A stretch of 24,313 nt of DNA from Candidatus Moraniibacteriota bacterium (GCA_043739895.1 JAYUDH010000099.1:1-24313); one strand, 5' to 3'. Numbered from the stretch's first letter, positions 16,617-24,313 are shown. Made by a program: numbers and translations. The notes: generated by a model from the sequence alone, not told the origin.

Positions 16617-17813
16617 TTACTTGTAACGGAGGGCTTCGAGGGTGTCAATATGTGAGGCCTGGCGCGCTGGGAAGACCCCAGTCATAAAGCCGACAAAGGC
16701 ACCAAAAGCAGTTACGGTTAATACAAACCAGAGTGGGCTGTAGAAGAGGTCAACCGACTCCCCGCCAAAACGGGTAGCAATGAGATTGATAAAAAAGTTC
16801 AAGATCTCTCCTTCAATGTAGCCGAGGATAACCCCTCCCAAGGCCCCCAGGAAACCCATAAGGGTTGATTCCATGATGAACATGAGAGAGATACTCCCGC
16901 GTGAGGCGCCGATGGCCTTCATGATGCCTATCTCTTCGGTGCGTTCGAGCAAGGCAATAGTCATAGTGTTGAACATGCCGATAGCAGAAACGATGAGGGC
17001 GATCATGCCAAAAATCATGAGGACCACTTGAACAGCGCTAAAGACTTTGTTGGCCTGATCAATCGTTTCAGAAATGGATGAGGCGGCGAATCCTTGACCC
17101 TCTACTTCTTGACGGACTTGGTCGAGAACCTGAGTAGAGGCACACTTTACTTTGAGTTTGGTGTAGCTTTCGAGGGGAAAGCCGGAGAGTGAGTCTAAGG
17201 AGAGATAGACGGTATTTTCATCGCCCTCTGCGATGCCGGCAATCATGTATGAATCCTTAGGAGAGAAAGAGTTCTTGCGACTCACCTGGCCAGAGGCATC
17301 GTTCTGAAAAAGGCTCAGGGTAACAGTTTTTCCGAGCATTTCTTCTGGAGCGATACCAAAAACCTGGGCTACTGCCTTCGTAATAACAATTTTATTTGAC
17401 TCCTCTTTGGTAAAGAGACGTCCATAACTCACTTTAATTCCTTCAGAGGTGAGAAGTGCCGCTGATGAACTGACCGTATTGATATCAAGAGTGATCGTGT
17501 CAAATTTTCCTTGACCAGAAAGTTCGAGAACTGGTATGACATCGACAACGTTACGGATCGTTTTAAGATTCTCTACTACGCTATTATCAAGTGTTGCTGC
17601 AACCTCCGTTTTTCCGAGAGTGACATCAAGAGTAACAAGAGCATCGGAAGTAGTGATTTTTTGAAGGAGGGTGCGCTGGAGACCGTAGCCGAGAGACACG
17701 AGAAAAATAATGGCCGCAATACCAACACTCATACCGAGCACTGTAAGCAGCGTTCGCATGGTACGCGCCTTAAACATGCGCATGGAAAGTTTGAGGAGGT
17801 CAAGAAAGCGCAT
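16617..17813 (-). CDS. ABC transporter permease, MacB/FtsX family
   Basis: RTLLTVLGMSVGIAAII (TM1), a large periplasmic domain, and GMFNTMTIALLERTEEIGIMKAIGA followed by three C-terminal TMs. Confidence 0.93.
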   Translation of the reverse strand: MRFLDLLKLSMRMFKARTMRTLLTVLGMSVGIAAIIFLVSLGYGLQRTLLQKITTSDALVTLDVTLGKTEVAATLDNSVVENLKTIRNVVDVIPVLELSGQGKFDTITLDINTVSSSAALLTSEGIKVSYGRLFTKEESNKIVITKAVAQVFGIAPEEMLGKTVTLSLFQNDASGQVSRKNSFSPKDSYMIAGIAEGDENTVYLSLDSLSGFPLESYTKLKVKCASTQVLDQVRQEVEGQGFAASSISETIDQANKVFSAVQVVLMIFGMIALIVSAIGMFNTMTIALLERTEEIGIMKAIGASRGSISLMFIMESTLMGFLGALGGVILGYIEGEILNFFINLIATRFGGESVDLFYSPLWFVLTVTAFGAFVGFMTGVFPARQASHIDTLEALRYK

Positions 17814-17816
17814 ATT

Positions 17817-19121
17817 TTAGCTGTATTTGAGGAGCATAATAATTTCAATCTCTCGGACAATTTTCTCAGCGGTAGTCTTATGGATACCCACTCCGCCCGA
17901 AGAGACTCTCCCGTCAAATCGTTTCTGCATTTCTGTTTGGCCGATCTTGCTATCGAGCCGTAACTTGAGGGCTGCCTGGAGACGCAATTTTTGTTCTTGA
18001 TCCAGCTCCAGGTGGAAATTCGCGCTTAGGTACTCCTCAAGGGTGACTGCGCCTGTCTCTGGTGAGGCTTTCAGTTTCTGTGATTGTTCAAGAATAAGTT
18101 TGGTCCGTTCTGCAAAGGAGTGAGCACGCATTCTGTTCCAGCCGGCTCCACCATCATTTAAGTCGAGGTCGAGACGGTCTTTGAATATTTCGGTATCAAT
18201 ATTTTTGAACAGGAGTTCCTTCATAAAAGCTTCTGCCATACTGACTTGTTCCTCGCTCAGTTCTGAGAGGAGGTGGCTCAAGAGTTGTTTGGCTTTAAAG
18301 GGAACAAGGAGTACGTCAACCTGCTGAGGGAGAAGGCTTTTGAATGATGCCATAAGCATTTTGAGCTCGCTTGATTCCAGGCTTTCTGCTGGGACCATTT
18401 TTTCTTTGGCTTCAGCTGGTCGTTTCTCAGCGATTACCTCCTCTTTCACAATGCGCCCATCTTTCATATGAACAACCCGATCAGCGTAGATCAAATGCTC
18501 TGGGTTATGAGTCACCATGACAATGGTTTTTTTGTCGACAGTGTTGAGTTCCTTGAGTATTTTGAGTACGTTTTCAGCACTCTCGCTATCGAGGTTTCCC
18601 ACTGGTTCATCGGCTAAGATAATTTCGGGGTTATTGACGAGAGAGCGGGCGATGGCGACACGTTGCTTTTGTCCGCCAGAGAGTTGACTCGGAAATTTAT
18701 CGGCTTGTTCTACGATACCAAAGCGACGGAGGAGTTGGATGCCCGCCTGTTTTCGTTCGCTCGGTGCTTCGCCACGAAAGACTTTTGGCAAACAAACATT
18801 ATCCATGATATTGAGCGAGGAAATGAGGTAAAATGCCTGAAATACCATACCAATTTTGGTCTGATGAAGCTCCAGTTCCTCATTACGTGTCATTTTGGCG
18901 ATCGATGTCCCCTGGATGGAGACGTCGCCATAGGTTGGTGACTGTAATCCAGAAATCGAATACAGAAGAGTTGATTTTCCGCAGCCTGAAGGACCGAAGA
19001 TGATAACATATTCTTCGGGATAAATAGAGAGACTCGTTTCCTCAAGGGCACGCATCTCATTGGACTTCCCTTGATTGTAGATGACGCGCAACTTATCAAC
19101 GACGATGATTGGATCGCTCAT
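17817..19121 (-). CDS. ABC ATP-binding protein, LolD/MacB-type, with an approximately 200-aa C-terminal extension
   Basis: Walker [10 protein letters not shown], signature LSGGQKQR, Walker B ILADEP and H-loop VTH. Start is ATG 19121 (MSDPII) or 19166. Confidence 0.93.
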   Translation of the reverse strand: MSDPIIVVDKLRVIYNQGKSNEMRALEETSLSIYPEEYVIIFGPSGCGKSTLLYSISGLQSPTYGDVSIQGTSIAKMTRNEELELHQTKIGMVFQAFYLISSLNIMDNVCLPKVFRGEAPSERKQAGIQLLRRFGIVEQADKFPSQLSGGQKQRVAIARSLVNNPEIILADEPVGNLDSESAENVLKILKELNTVDKKTIVMVTHNPEHLIYADRVVHMKDGRIVKEEVIAEKRPAEAKEKMVPAESLESSELKMLMASFKSLLPQQVDVLLVPFKAKQLLSHLLSELSEEQVSMAEAFMKELLFKNIDTEIFKDRLDLDLNDGGAGWNRMRAHSFAERTKLILEQSQKLKASPETGAVTLEEYLSANFHLELDQEQKLRLQAALKLRLDSKIGQTEMQKRFDGRVSSGGVGIHKTTAEKIVREIEIIMLLKYS

Positions 19122-19251
19122 GGTGGTATTTGATTTTCCCCTGTAGGGTTGCTTCAAGCATAGCATATTTCATGATTCCTTTCTAAGGAGAATACTTTCA
19201 CTTCTTCCCTTTATTGGCTATGATGGATGAAGCGTCTTTACCTACCCTCCT

Positions 19252-19356
19252 ATGGAAAAATCACTTTCAACGGTTATTGTCTTGGCGATCATTCAGGTGA
19301 TTATTCTTACACTAGTTTTTCTCTACTTTTACCGATTGGCAGGGCACGGGGGATAA
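19252..19356 (+). CDS. Putative 34-aa single-pass membrane peptide (absent from the ORF track)
   Basis: Hand translation: MEKSLSTVIVLAIIQVIILTLVFLYFYRLAGHGG*. TATGAT at 19219-19224 lies upstream; the ORF ends 19 nt before the msrQ-like gene. Confidence 0.45.
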   Translation: MEKSLSTVIVLAIIQVIILTLVFLYFYRLAGHGG

Positions 19357-19375
19357 TTTTTTTTACACACTTCTT

Positions 19376-20086
19376 ATGCCACTCCTTCATATTGCTTTTT
19401 GGTGCCATGATTTTGCCAGTGCTTTTCTGGTGAAGTACCTCTTTGTCATAAAGAAAGTGATCCTCATTGCCGCTCACCTGAGTCTGCTTCTTGTATTGTT
19501 TCCGGAAATACGGAAAAGTATGGGATCTTTTGCGCTTATTCTTCTCGTGGGGTTTCTCTTTCTGAGTCCACTTTCAAAGATGCTCCGCATGCGCCTCCTC
19601 TTTCAGGTGATGAGTGTGCGGAGAGAAATAGGTATAGCGATGGCGTATGCGGCCTCTGTCCATGTTTTTGGCTACCTTCTGGATTCAGATTGGCTCTCCT
19701 TTTTTATGCACTCGTACCTTTCGGGGGATCTTTTTACAAGTAATGTGCGCTATGCACTGGGATTTTTTGCCTATCTTTTGACTCTGCCACTTCTTTTGAC
19801 TTCTAATACCTTATTGAATAGGTTTTTGGGTGGGAAAAACTGGAAACGCCTTCATCGTCTCGTGTACCCACTCTTTGCACTCGTTTTATTTCATAAGTTT
19901 CTGCGCCCTGGTACGGTAGGAATGGCCGACCTTGTAGCGCCGACCATGGTTTTATTATTCTATGTTGTACTCAAGGTACTGGCTTGGAAAAACTTTCTCC
20001 CGCCACTACAAAGGATGTTTGATCGGGTAGCGTGGCGCTACCGTGAATATGTCGCTACTCAAAAAAACCAGGCCATTTCTTCTTGA
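19376..20086 (+). CDS. Ferric-reductase-like transmembrane heme protein (MsrQ/YedZ family)
   Basis: RREIGIA, SVHVFGY, PLLLTSN and WKRLHRLVY...LFH follow the MsrQ motif order with heme-ligand His residues. Confidence 0.82.
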   Translation: MPLLHIAFWCHDFASAFLVKYLFVIKKVILIAAHLSLLLVLFPEIRKSMGSFALILLVGFLFLSPLSKMLRMRLLFQVMSVRREIGIAMAYAASVHVFGYLLDSDWLSFFMHSYLSGDLFTSNVRYALGFFAYLLTLPLLLTSNTLLNRFLGGKNWKRLHRLVYPLFALVLFHKFLRPGTVGMADLVAPTMVLLFYVVLKVLAWKNFLPPLQRMFDRVAWRYREYVATQKNQAISS

Positions 20087-20111
20087 AAAGGGGCTTTTTT
20101 TCTGGTACACT
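20083..20111 (+). promoter_or_regulatory. Sigma70 promoter for the DsbA-like gene
   Basis: TTGAAA (20083-20088), 17-nt spacer, TG-G-TACACT (-10 at 20106-20111). Confidence 0.6.
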
Positions 20112-20143
20112 GAGAGAGTTAACCTTTTATGGTGGGAATTTTT

Positions 20144-20986
20144 ATGGAAAATGAAATACGAACTGAAACAGCGCAATTAGAGACAGTAGTTCCTGAAACA
20201 AAGCCTATGCGTGAGGCAATGATGATTGCCAGTGCTATTCTTTTAGGGAGTCTGATCGTGGCCGGTGCTATCATCGCCTCCACGCCGAAGACAGTAACTC
20301 CTGTAGCGGCCACTCAGCAGACAGGCGCTGATAAGCCAGCGCAGAAAGAGAAGGTTTCAGTCACTATGGATTTGGTGAAGTCGCTGTTCACGGATAAGAA
20401 TATTTTCTTTGGAAATAAAGAAAGTAAGGTGTTATTTGTTGAGTTTAGTGATCCAAGCTGTCCGTATTGTCATGTAGCGGCCGGAAAAAATCCTGGTCTC
20501 AACAAGCAAATGGGAGGAAAGTTTATTATGGTTGGTGAGGGGGGATCATATGTTCCTCCAGTACCAGAAATGAAGAAACTAGTGGATGCTGGTAAGGCTG
20601 CCTTCGTTTGGCTCTATGCCAATGGTCACGGCAACGGTGAAATGGGTACGCAGGCACTGTACTGTGCCAAAGAGAAAGGAAGGTTCTGGGAAGTGCATGA
20701 TTTACTTATGAGTGGCGCTGGATACGCCATGATGAATACAACAGTGAAGAATGATACGGCAAAGGCAGGTGTGCTCGCTGACTTTTTAAAGAATGCTGTG
20801 ACCCCAGCCGATATGAAGAGTTGCTTAGAGAGCGGAAAATATAATAGTCGTTTGACGGAAGATATGGCCATAGCACAACAGTTTGGTTTTGGCGGTACGC
20901 CAAATTTCTTTGTGAATACGGAGAATTTCACTGGCGCCTATAACTGGAATGATATCAAGCCAACAGTAGAGAAGTTACTCAAGTAA
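20144..20986 (+). CDS. DsbA-family thioredoxin-fold oxidoreductase, membrane anchored
   Basis: N-terminal TM, EFSDPSCPYCH (CxxC), ALYCA and the cis-Pro loop GGTPNFFVN. Start is 20144 or 20129. Confidence 0.9.
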   Translation: MENEIRTETAQLETVVPETKPMREAMMIASAILLGSLIVAGAIIASTPKTVTPVAATQQTGADKPAQKEKVSVTMDLVKSLFTDKNIFFGNKESKVLFVEFSDPSCPYCHVAAGKNPGLNKQMGGKFIMVGEGGSYVPPVPEMKKLVDAGKAAFVWLYANGHGNGEMGTQALYCAKEKGRFWEVHDLLMSGAGYAMMNTTVKNDTAKAGVLADFLKNAVTPADMKSCLESGKYNSRLTEDMAIAQQFGFGGTPNFFVNTENFTGAYNWNDIKPTVEKLLK

Positions 20987-21001
20987 CAAAAAAAGTACTA
21001 G

Positions 21002-21034
21002 AATGAGGCCCCGATGAGCATCGGGGCCTCATTT
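21002..21034. terminator. Perfect inverted repeat after the dsbA-like gene (terminator or operator)
   Basis: AATGAGGCCCCGATG-ag-CATCGGGGCCTCATT with 15-bp arms and only a short T tail. Confidence 0.6.
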
Positions 21035-21042
21035 GCTATAAT
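21034..21042 (+). promoter_or_regulatory. Extended -10 promoter for xseAB
   Basis: TG-C-TATAAT, a perfect extended -10. Confidence 0.65.
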
Positions 21043-21101
21043 AGGGAGTAAGGAAGAGAGGGGAGGTGGAAAGTATTGATTGCTTTTGAAAACACAGGAC
21101 T

Positions 21102-22604
21102 ATGTCGTTATTGAATGAATTGAGGACCTGGCGAAATAATCAGGCACGTATTGAAGGGGTAGAAGGGTACCGAGTTCTATCGAATGCAGTTCTCGAGGCT
21201 TTGGTGGGGAATCTTCCTCAAAACAAAGAAGAGCTCCTGACAATTAAGGGTATTAAGGAAGCAAAATATGCTAAGTACGGAAAGGTTCTTCTCGCGATGA
21301 TGGAACAATCTTCACCAAAGCAGTCGGAAGAGATAGCGATTGAAGAGGTTTCTGTAGAGGAGCAAACACTTTCTGTGAGTCAATTTCTCGATGGCTTAAA
21401 TACCGAGCTCTCAGGAATGGCTGCCCGCATCCAGGGAGAAGTTTCCAGTGTTGATGTCCGTGATCGCGTGGTGTATTTTACTCTAAAGGATAGTCGCGAC
21501 GAAAGCACGCTCAATTGTCTTATTTTTCGCCATCAGTATGATCTTTCTGGTGTTGATCTTATTATCGGTGACGAAATCATTGTTGAAGGGAGTCCAGACA
21601 TTTATAAACCGAGTGGCCGTCTCAGTCTTAAGGTGGGGATGATTGAGTTGTTTGGGGAAGGGGCGCTTAAGAAAGCATATGATGCTCTCAGACAGAAGTT
21701 GGAGGTTGAAGGTCTATTTGCTCCAGAAAAAAAACGTCGGTTGCCGTCATTTCCTGAGCGCATCGCTCTTATTACCTCGGAACAGGGTGCGGCGATCGGA
21801 GATTTTACTATGAATCTTGGTGCCCAGGGACTGAAGGTTCATTTTTATCCAACCAGTGTGGAGGGGAAAAAAGCGGTACCTGAAATTCTACAAGCACTCC
21901 GTTACTTTGATGATCGGGCAGAGCAGTATGATATTCTGGTATTGATCCGCGGAGGAGGGAGTCTCGAAAGTCTCCAGGCTTTCAATAATGAAGTGCTTAT
22001 TCGTCAGGTTGCGAATCTCCGTATACCAACGCTGCTTGGTGTTGGCCATGAGAAAGATGTCACGTTGGCTGCGTTAGTGGCAGATGTTATGGTTTCGACT
22101 CCTACTGCTACTGCCCGGACCCTACGCGAGCCATGGGATGAAGCCAGGGGAGTGCTGCGTCATTTTGAACAACACCTCCCTGTTCTTTTGGAGAGAGAAC
22201 TCTCTGCTGTACGGAGCATGATGACGATACAAGGCGAAGCGCTCCTTATACAGTTGCATCGCGTTCTCGATATGGCTGATCTTTTGAAACAGCGACTCAG
22301 TGAGCGAATAGTGATGTTTCAAGGAGAAGTTCAGCACAGGGTGGCATATCTAGGGCAAGTAAAGAATACGTTGAAACAGTATTTTTTGTCACAGTGCGAA
22401 ACAAAGAAAAAAGAACTGGAATATGCTCTGGATCTCTTGCGACAGTATGATCCTAAACGGGTACTCAAACTCGGATACAGCTTGGTCCAAAGTGAGCAAA
22501 AAATCGTCAAGGATACCCGAGGGTTAAAGGTCGGTGATATACTAGCGATACAGCTCAGTCGAGGGAAAGTCGAGACCCGCATTGAAAAGATTACTGATCA
22601 TTAA
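21102..22604 (+). CDS. xseA: Exodeoxyribonuclease VII large subunit with an N-terminal HRDC domain
   Basis: OB-fold (LSVSQF...IQGEVS...YFTLKD), then RIALITS, GAAIGDF, RGGGS, GHEKD and STPTA. Residues 1-68 match the HRDC pattern. Confidence 0.95.
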   Translation: MSLLNELRTWRNNQARIEGVEGYRVLSNAVLEALVGNLPQNKEELLTIKGIKEAKYAKYGKVLLAMMEQSSPKQSEEIAIEEVSVEEQTLSVSQFLDGLNTELSGMAARIQGEVSSVDVRDRVVYFTLKDSRDESTLNCLIFRHQYDLSGVDLIIGDEIIVEGSPDIYKPSGRLSLKVGMIELFGEGALKKAYDALRQKLEVEGLFAPEKKRRLPSFPERIALITSEQGAAIGDFTMNLGAQGLKVHFYPTSVEGKKAVPEILQALRYFDDRAEQYDILVLIRGGGSLESLQAFNNEVLIRQVANLRIPTLLGVGHEKDVTLAALVADVMVSTPTATARTLREPWDEARGVLRHFEQHLPVLLERELSAVRSMMTIQGEALLIQLHRVLDMADLLKQRLSERIVMFQGEVQHRVAYLGQVKNTLKQYFLSQCETKKKELEYALDLLRQYDPKRVLKLGYSLVQSEQKIVKDTRGLKVGDILAIQLSRGKVETRIEKITDH

Positions 22605-22614
22605 AGATAACGGT

Positions 22615-22815
22615 ATGCCAAAAATGAACTTAAGCGAATCGCTCAAGAAGGTGCAGGCGATAATCACCTGGTTTGATTCACAGGAAGAGGTAGACGTCGA
22701 AAAGGCTCTGGAGAAAATTAAGGAGGGTACGGTGCTTATTAAAGAGAGTCGTACTCGTTTGAAAGAAATCGAGAATGAGTTTGAGGTAGTGAAGAGAGAT
22801 CTAGAGAAAGAGTAG
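22615..22815 (+). CDS. xseB: Exodeoxyribonuclease VII small subunit
   Basis: 66-aa helical hairpin (LSESLKKVQAII...VEKALEKIKEG...LKEIE) directly after xseA; start at ATG 22615. Confidence 0.88.
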   Translation: MPKMNLSESLKKVQAIITWFDSQEEVDVEKALEKIKEGTVLIKESRTRLKEIENEFEVVKRDLEKE

Positions 22816-22871
22816 TGGGTAAATATTAAAACCCCAATGACAAACATCAAAGGGGGTGGAGTGAGCGAGGT

Positions 22872-23017
22872 GAAAGAATTTTTTCTCACTGTTTCGTTGT
22901 CTGAAGCGGCGCTCTCGGTTCGAAAAAAGAGCTGTGTCCCGCCGTCGATTGGGGGCGATTTTTTTCGGTAACTGAGAGCGTCGGTGAGTGCGGAACAGTG
23001 AGCAAAAAATTACTTTC
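22872..23017 (+). ncRNA. Candidate structured RNA or palindromic repeat element (146-nt imperfect hairpin)
   Basis: Nested helices: GAAAG/CTTTC, AATTTTTT/AAAAAATT, CTCACTGTTTCG/CGGAACAGTGAG, CGGCGCTCTCGGTT/AACTGAGAGCGTCG and CGAAAAAA/TTTTTTCG. The three non-Watson-Crick pairs inside helices are all G-U on the + strand. Confidence 0.5.
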
Positions 23018-23055
23018 GGCGCAGTCAGTCTGTGTCAGATATCAAAGGAACTTTG

Positions 23056-23064
23056 TGATATAAT
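23056..23064 (+). promoter_or_regulatory. Extended -10 promoter for the oxidoreductase gene
   Basis: TG-A-TATAAT, 21 nt before ATG 23086. Confidence 0.65.
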
Positions 23065-23085
23065 GAAGACAAAAGAAAAATACAC

Positions 23086-24313
23086 ATGAAACGATTTTCA
23101 GGAGATATTTCTATTGTGCTCGGTGGCGCAGCTGGTCAGGGTGTACAGACTATTGAGGCACTTTTGGTGCAGGTCCTTAAGCGTGAGGGGTATCATGTTT
23201 TTGCTATTAAAGAATACATGTCGCGTATACGTGGCGGCAGTAACTCGACTGAAATTCGGGTGACGAACGTCAAGAGGCGGGCCTTTCTAAATCGTATTGA
23301 TATTCTATTTGCTCTCGACAAGGATGTCTTGCCACATTTGAAGGATCGCATCACAGAGGAGACAATTATCCTTGGGGAACGCGATAAGGTGCGAGGCTCA
23401 ACACCGTATCCTGTTATGAATATTCCCTTTACTCAGTTTGCGAATGAATTAGGAAATCCTCTCTACACCAGTACCGTGGCCGTAGGGGTGGCACTTGGTA
23501 TTCTCGGAGCTGATGAGGATATTTTTTCCGACTATCTACGGGAACATTTTTCCCGAAAAGGAGAAGAAGTGGTACAAAAGAACATTGAAGCAGCAAAAAA
23601 AGGCTATAATTTCGGGAAACATCTCGCCTATGATGCTGGTATTGAGGTTCATATGAAGCGTCATGAGGCAGTGAAAAAAGAAGTATTGACCGATGGTATT
23701 GAAGCAGTTGGTTTGGGTGCGCTCGCGGCCGGCTGTAATTATATTTCTTCCTACCCGATGTCTCCTGGTACAGGACTTCTTACTTTTTTAGCTGCCCATG
23801 GTGAAGCGTTCGGGGTGGTGGTGGATCAGGCAGAGGACGAGATCGCAGCGATTAATCAGGGACTGGGAGCCTGGTATGCGGGTGCCCGAGCCGTTGTTAC
23901 GACATCGGGGGGCGGTTTTGCACTGATGACTGAAGGGGTGAGTTTGGCAGGGATGATTGAAACGCCGATCGTTATTCATATCGGTCAGCGGCCTGGACCA
24001 GCAACAGGACTACCAACACGCACTGAGCAGGCCGATCTTAATCTTGTTTTGTACGCTGGCCACGGAGAATTCCCGCGCGCCATCTTTGCTCCGAGCACTC
24101 CTGAGGAGGCCTACTTGGTCACGCAACAGGCTTTTTATATTGCTGATCGTTATCAGGTACCCACTTTTATTCTTACTGATCAATACCTTGTTGATGCTAT
24201 CAGTAGCTTTCCTAAAGAAGCGCTGATACAGATACCGGTAAAGAATCATATTATAACAACTACTGTTGATTATAAGCGGTATGCGTTAACAAAGAATGGT
24301 ATTTCGCCACGTG
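23086..24313 (+). CDS. 2-oxoacid:acceptor (ferredoxin) oxidoreductase alpha subunit, KorA/PorA-like, 3'-truncated (absent from the ORF track)
   Basis: Hand translation begins MKRFSGDISIVLGGAAGQGVQT...YMSRIRGG, followed by YPMSPGT, EDEIAA, TTSGGGFALMTEG, QRPGPATGLPTRTEQADL and GHGEFPR; open to the window end (...YKRYALTKNGISPR). Confidence 0.95.
   Translation, partial: MKRFSGDISIVLGGAAGQGVQTIEALLVQVLKREGYHVFAIKEYMSRIRGGSNSTEIRVTNVKRRAFLNRIDILFALDKDVLPHLKDRITEETIILGERDKVRGSTPYPVMNIPFTQFANELGNPLYTSTVAVGVALGILGADEDIFSDYLREHFSRKGEEVVQKNIEAAKKGYNFGKHLAYDAGIEVHMKRHEAVKKEVLTDGIEAVGLGALAAGCNYISSYPMSPGTGLLTFLAAHGEAFGVVVDQAEDEIAAINQGLGAWYAGARAVVTTSGGGFALMTEGVSLAGMIETPIVIHIGQRPGPATGLPTRTEQADLNLVLYAGHGEFPRAIFAPSTPEEAYLVTQQAFYIADRYQVPTFILTDQYLVDAISSFPKEALIQIPVKNHIITTTVDYKRYALTKNGISPR

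Noticed and set aside
21011-21025. CCGATGAG resembling the hammerhead ribozyme core CUGAUGA
   Set aside because: Core mismatch, no downstream GAAA or cleavage triplet arrangement; it is the centre of a simple palindrome.
22561-22580. GAGGGAAAGTC resembling the RNase P RNA GAGGAAAGUC motif
   Set aside because: Lies inside the xseA coding end, and the other universal RNase P motifs are absent.
22852-23020. GGGGGTG start suggesting tmRNA, or SRP RNA for the long hairpin
   Set aside because: No UUCGAC, tag frame or T-arm/CCA end for tmRNA; no GGAA tetraloop with CAGG/AGCAG loop for SRP RNA.
1-24313. Alternative genetic code (UGA=Gly as in Gracilibacteria/Absconditabacteria)
   Set aside because: Long genes contain no in-frame TGA, and TGA cleanly ends the kinase (16110) and msrQ-like (20086) genes.
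1-24313. CRISPR array, IS/transposase, integrase or tRNA
   Set aside because: No regularly spaced direct repeats, mobile-element motifs or cloverleaf seen by eye; a tRNAscan/Infernal run was not possible.

Overview
Gene-dense bacterial window (about 21 CDS, standard code 11, almost no Shine-Dalgarno sites, near-consensus sigma70 promoters). It most resembles a Patescibacteria/CPR (Parcubacteria-like) chromosome; that taxonomy is inferred from gene content and start-site style, not from a database search. In order: 5'-truncated multicopper oxidase, CuA cupredoxin, YdjM-like hydrolase; glucosaminidase/lysozyme-like protein; an uncalled 53-aa CxxC membrane protein (-); cyclophilin lipoprotein; RND pump and adaptor (-); membrane-anchored trypsin-like protease; P1B ATPase; a large surface protein with three thrombospondin-type-1-like repeats, a TSP3-like Ca-binding repeat and Ig-like domains, followed directly by an orphan histidine kinase; a high-GC ORFan; MacB/LolD-type ABC permease and ATPase (-); an uncalled 34-aa TM peptide, an MsrQ-like protein and a DsbA-like protein; HRDC-fused xseA plus xseB; a 146-nt hairpin; and a 3'-truncated 2-oxoacid:acceptor oxidoreductase alpha subunit missing from the ORF track. 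No tRNA, rRNA, CRISPR array or transposase was seen. Best leads: the thrombospondin-like adhesin/kinase pair, a leader hairpin shared by two convergent genes, the 146-nt G-U-compensated hairpin, the HRDC-ExoVII fusion, and an 85-aa tandem domain on the ABC ATPase. All family calls come from motif recognition by eye.
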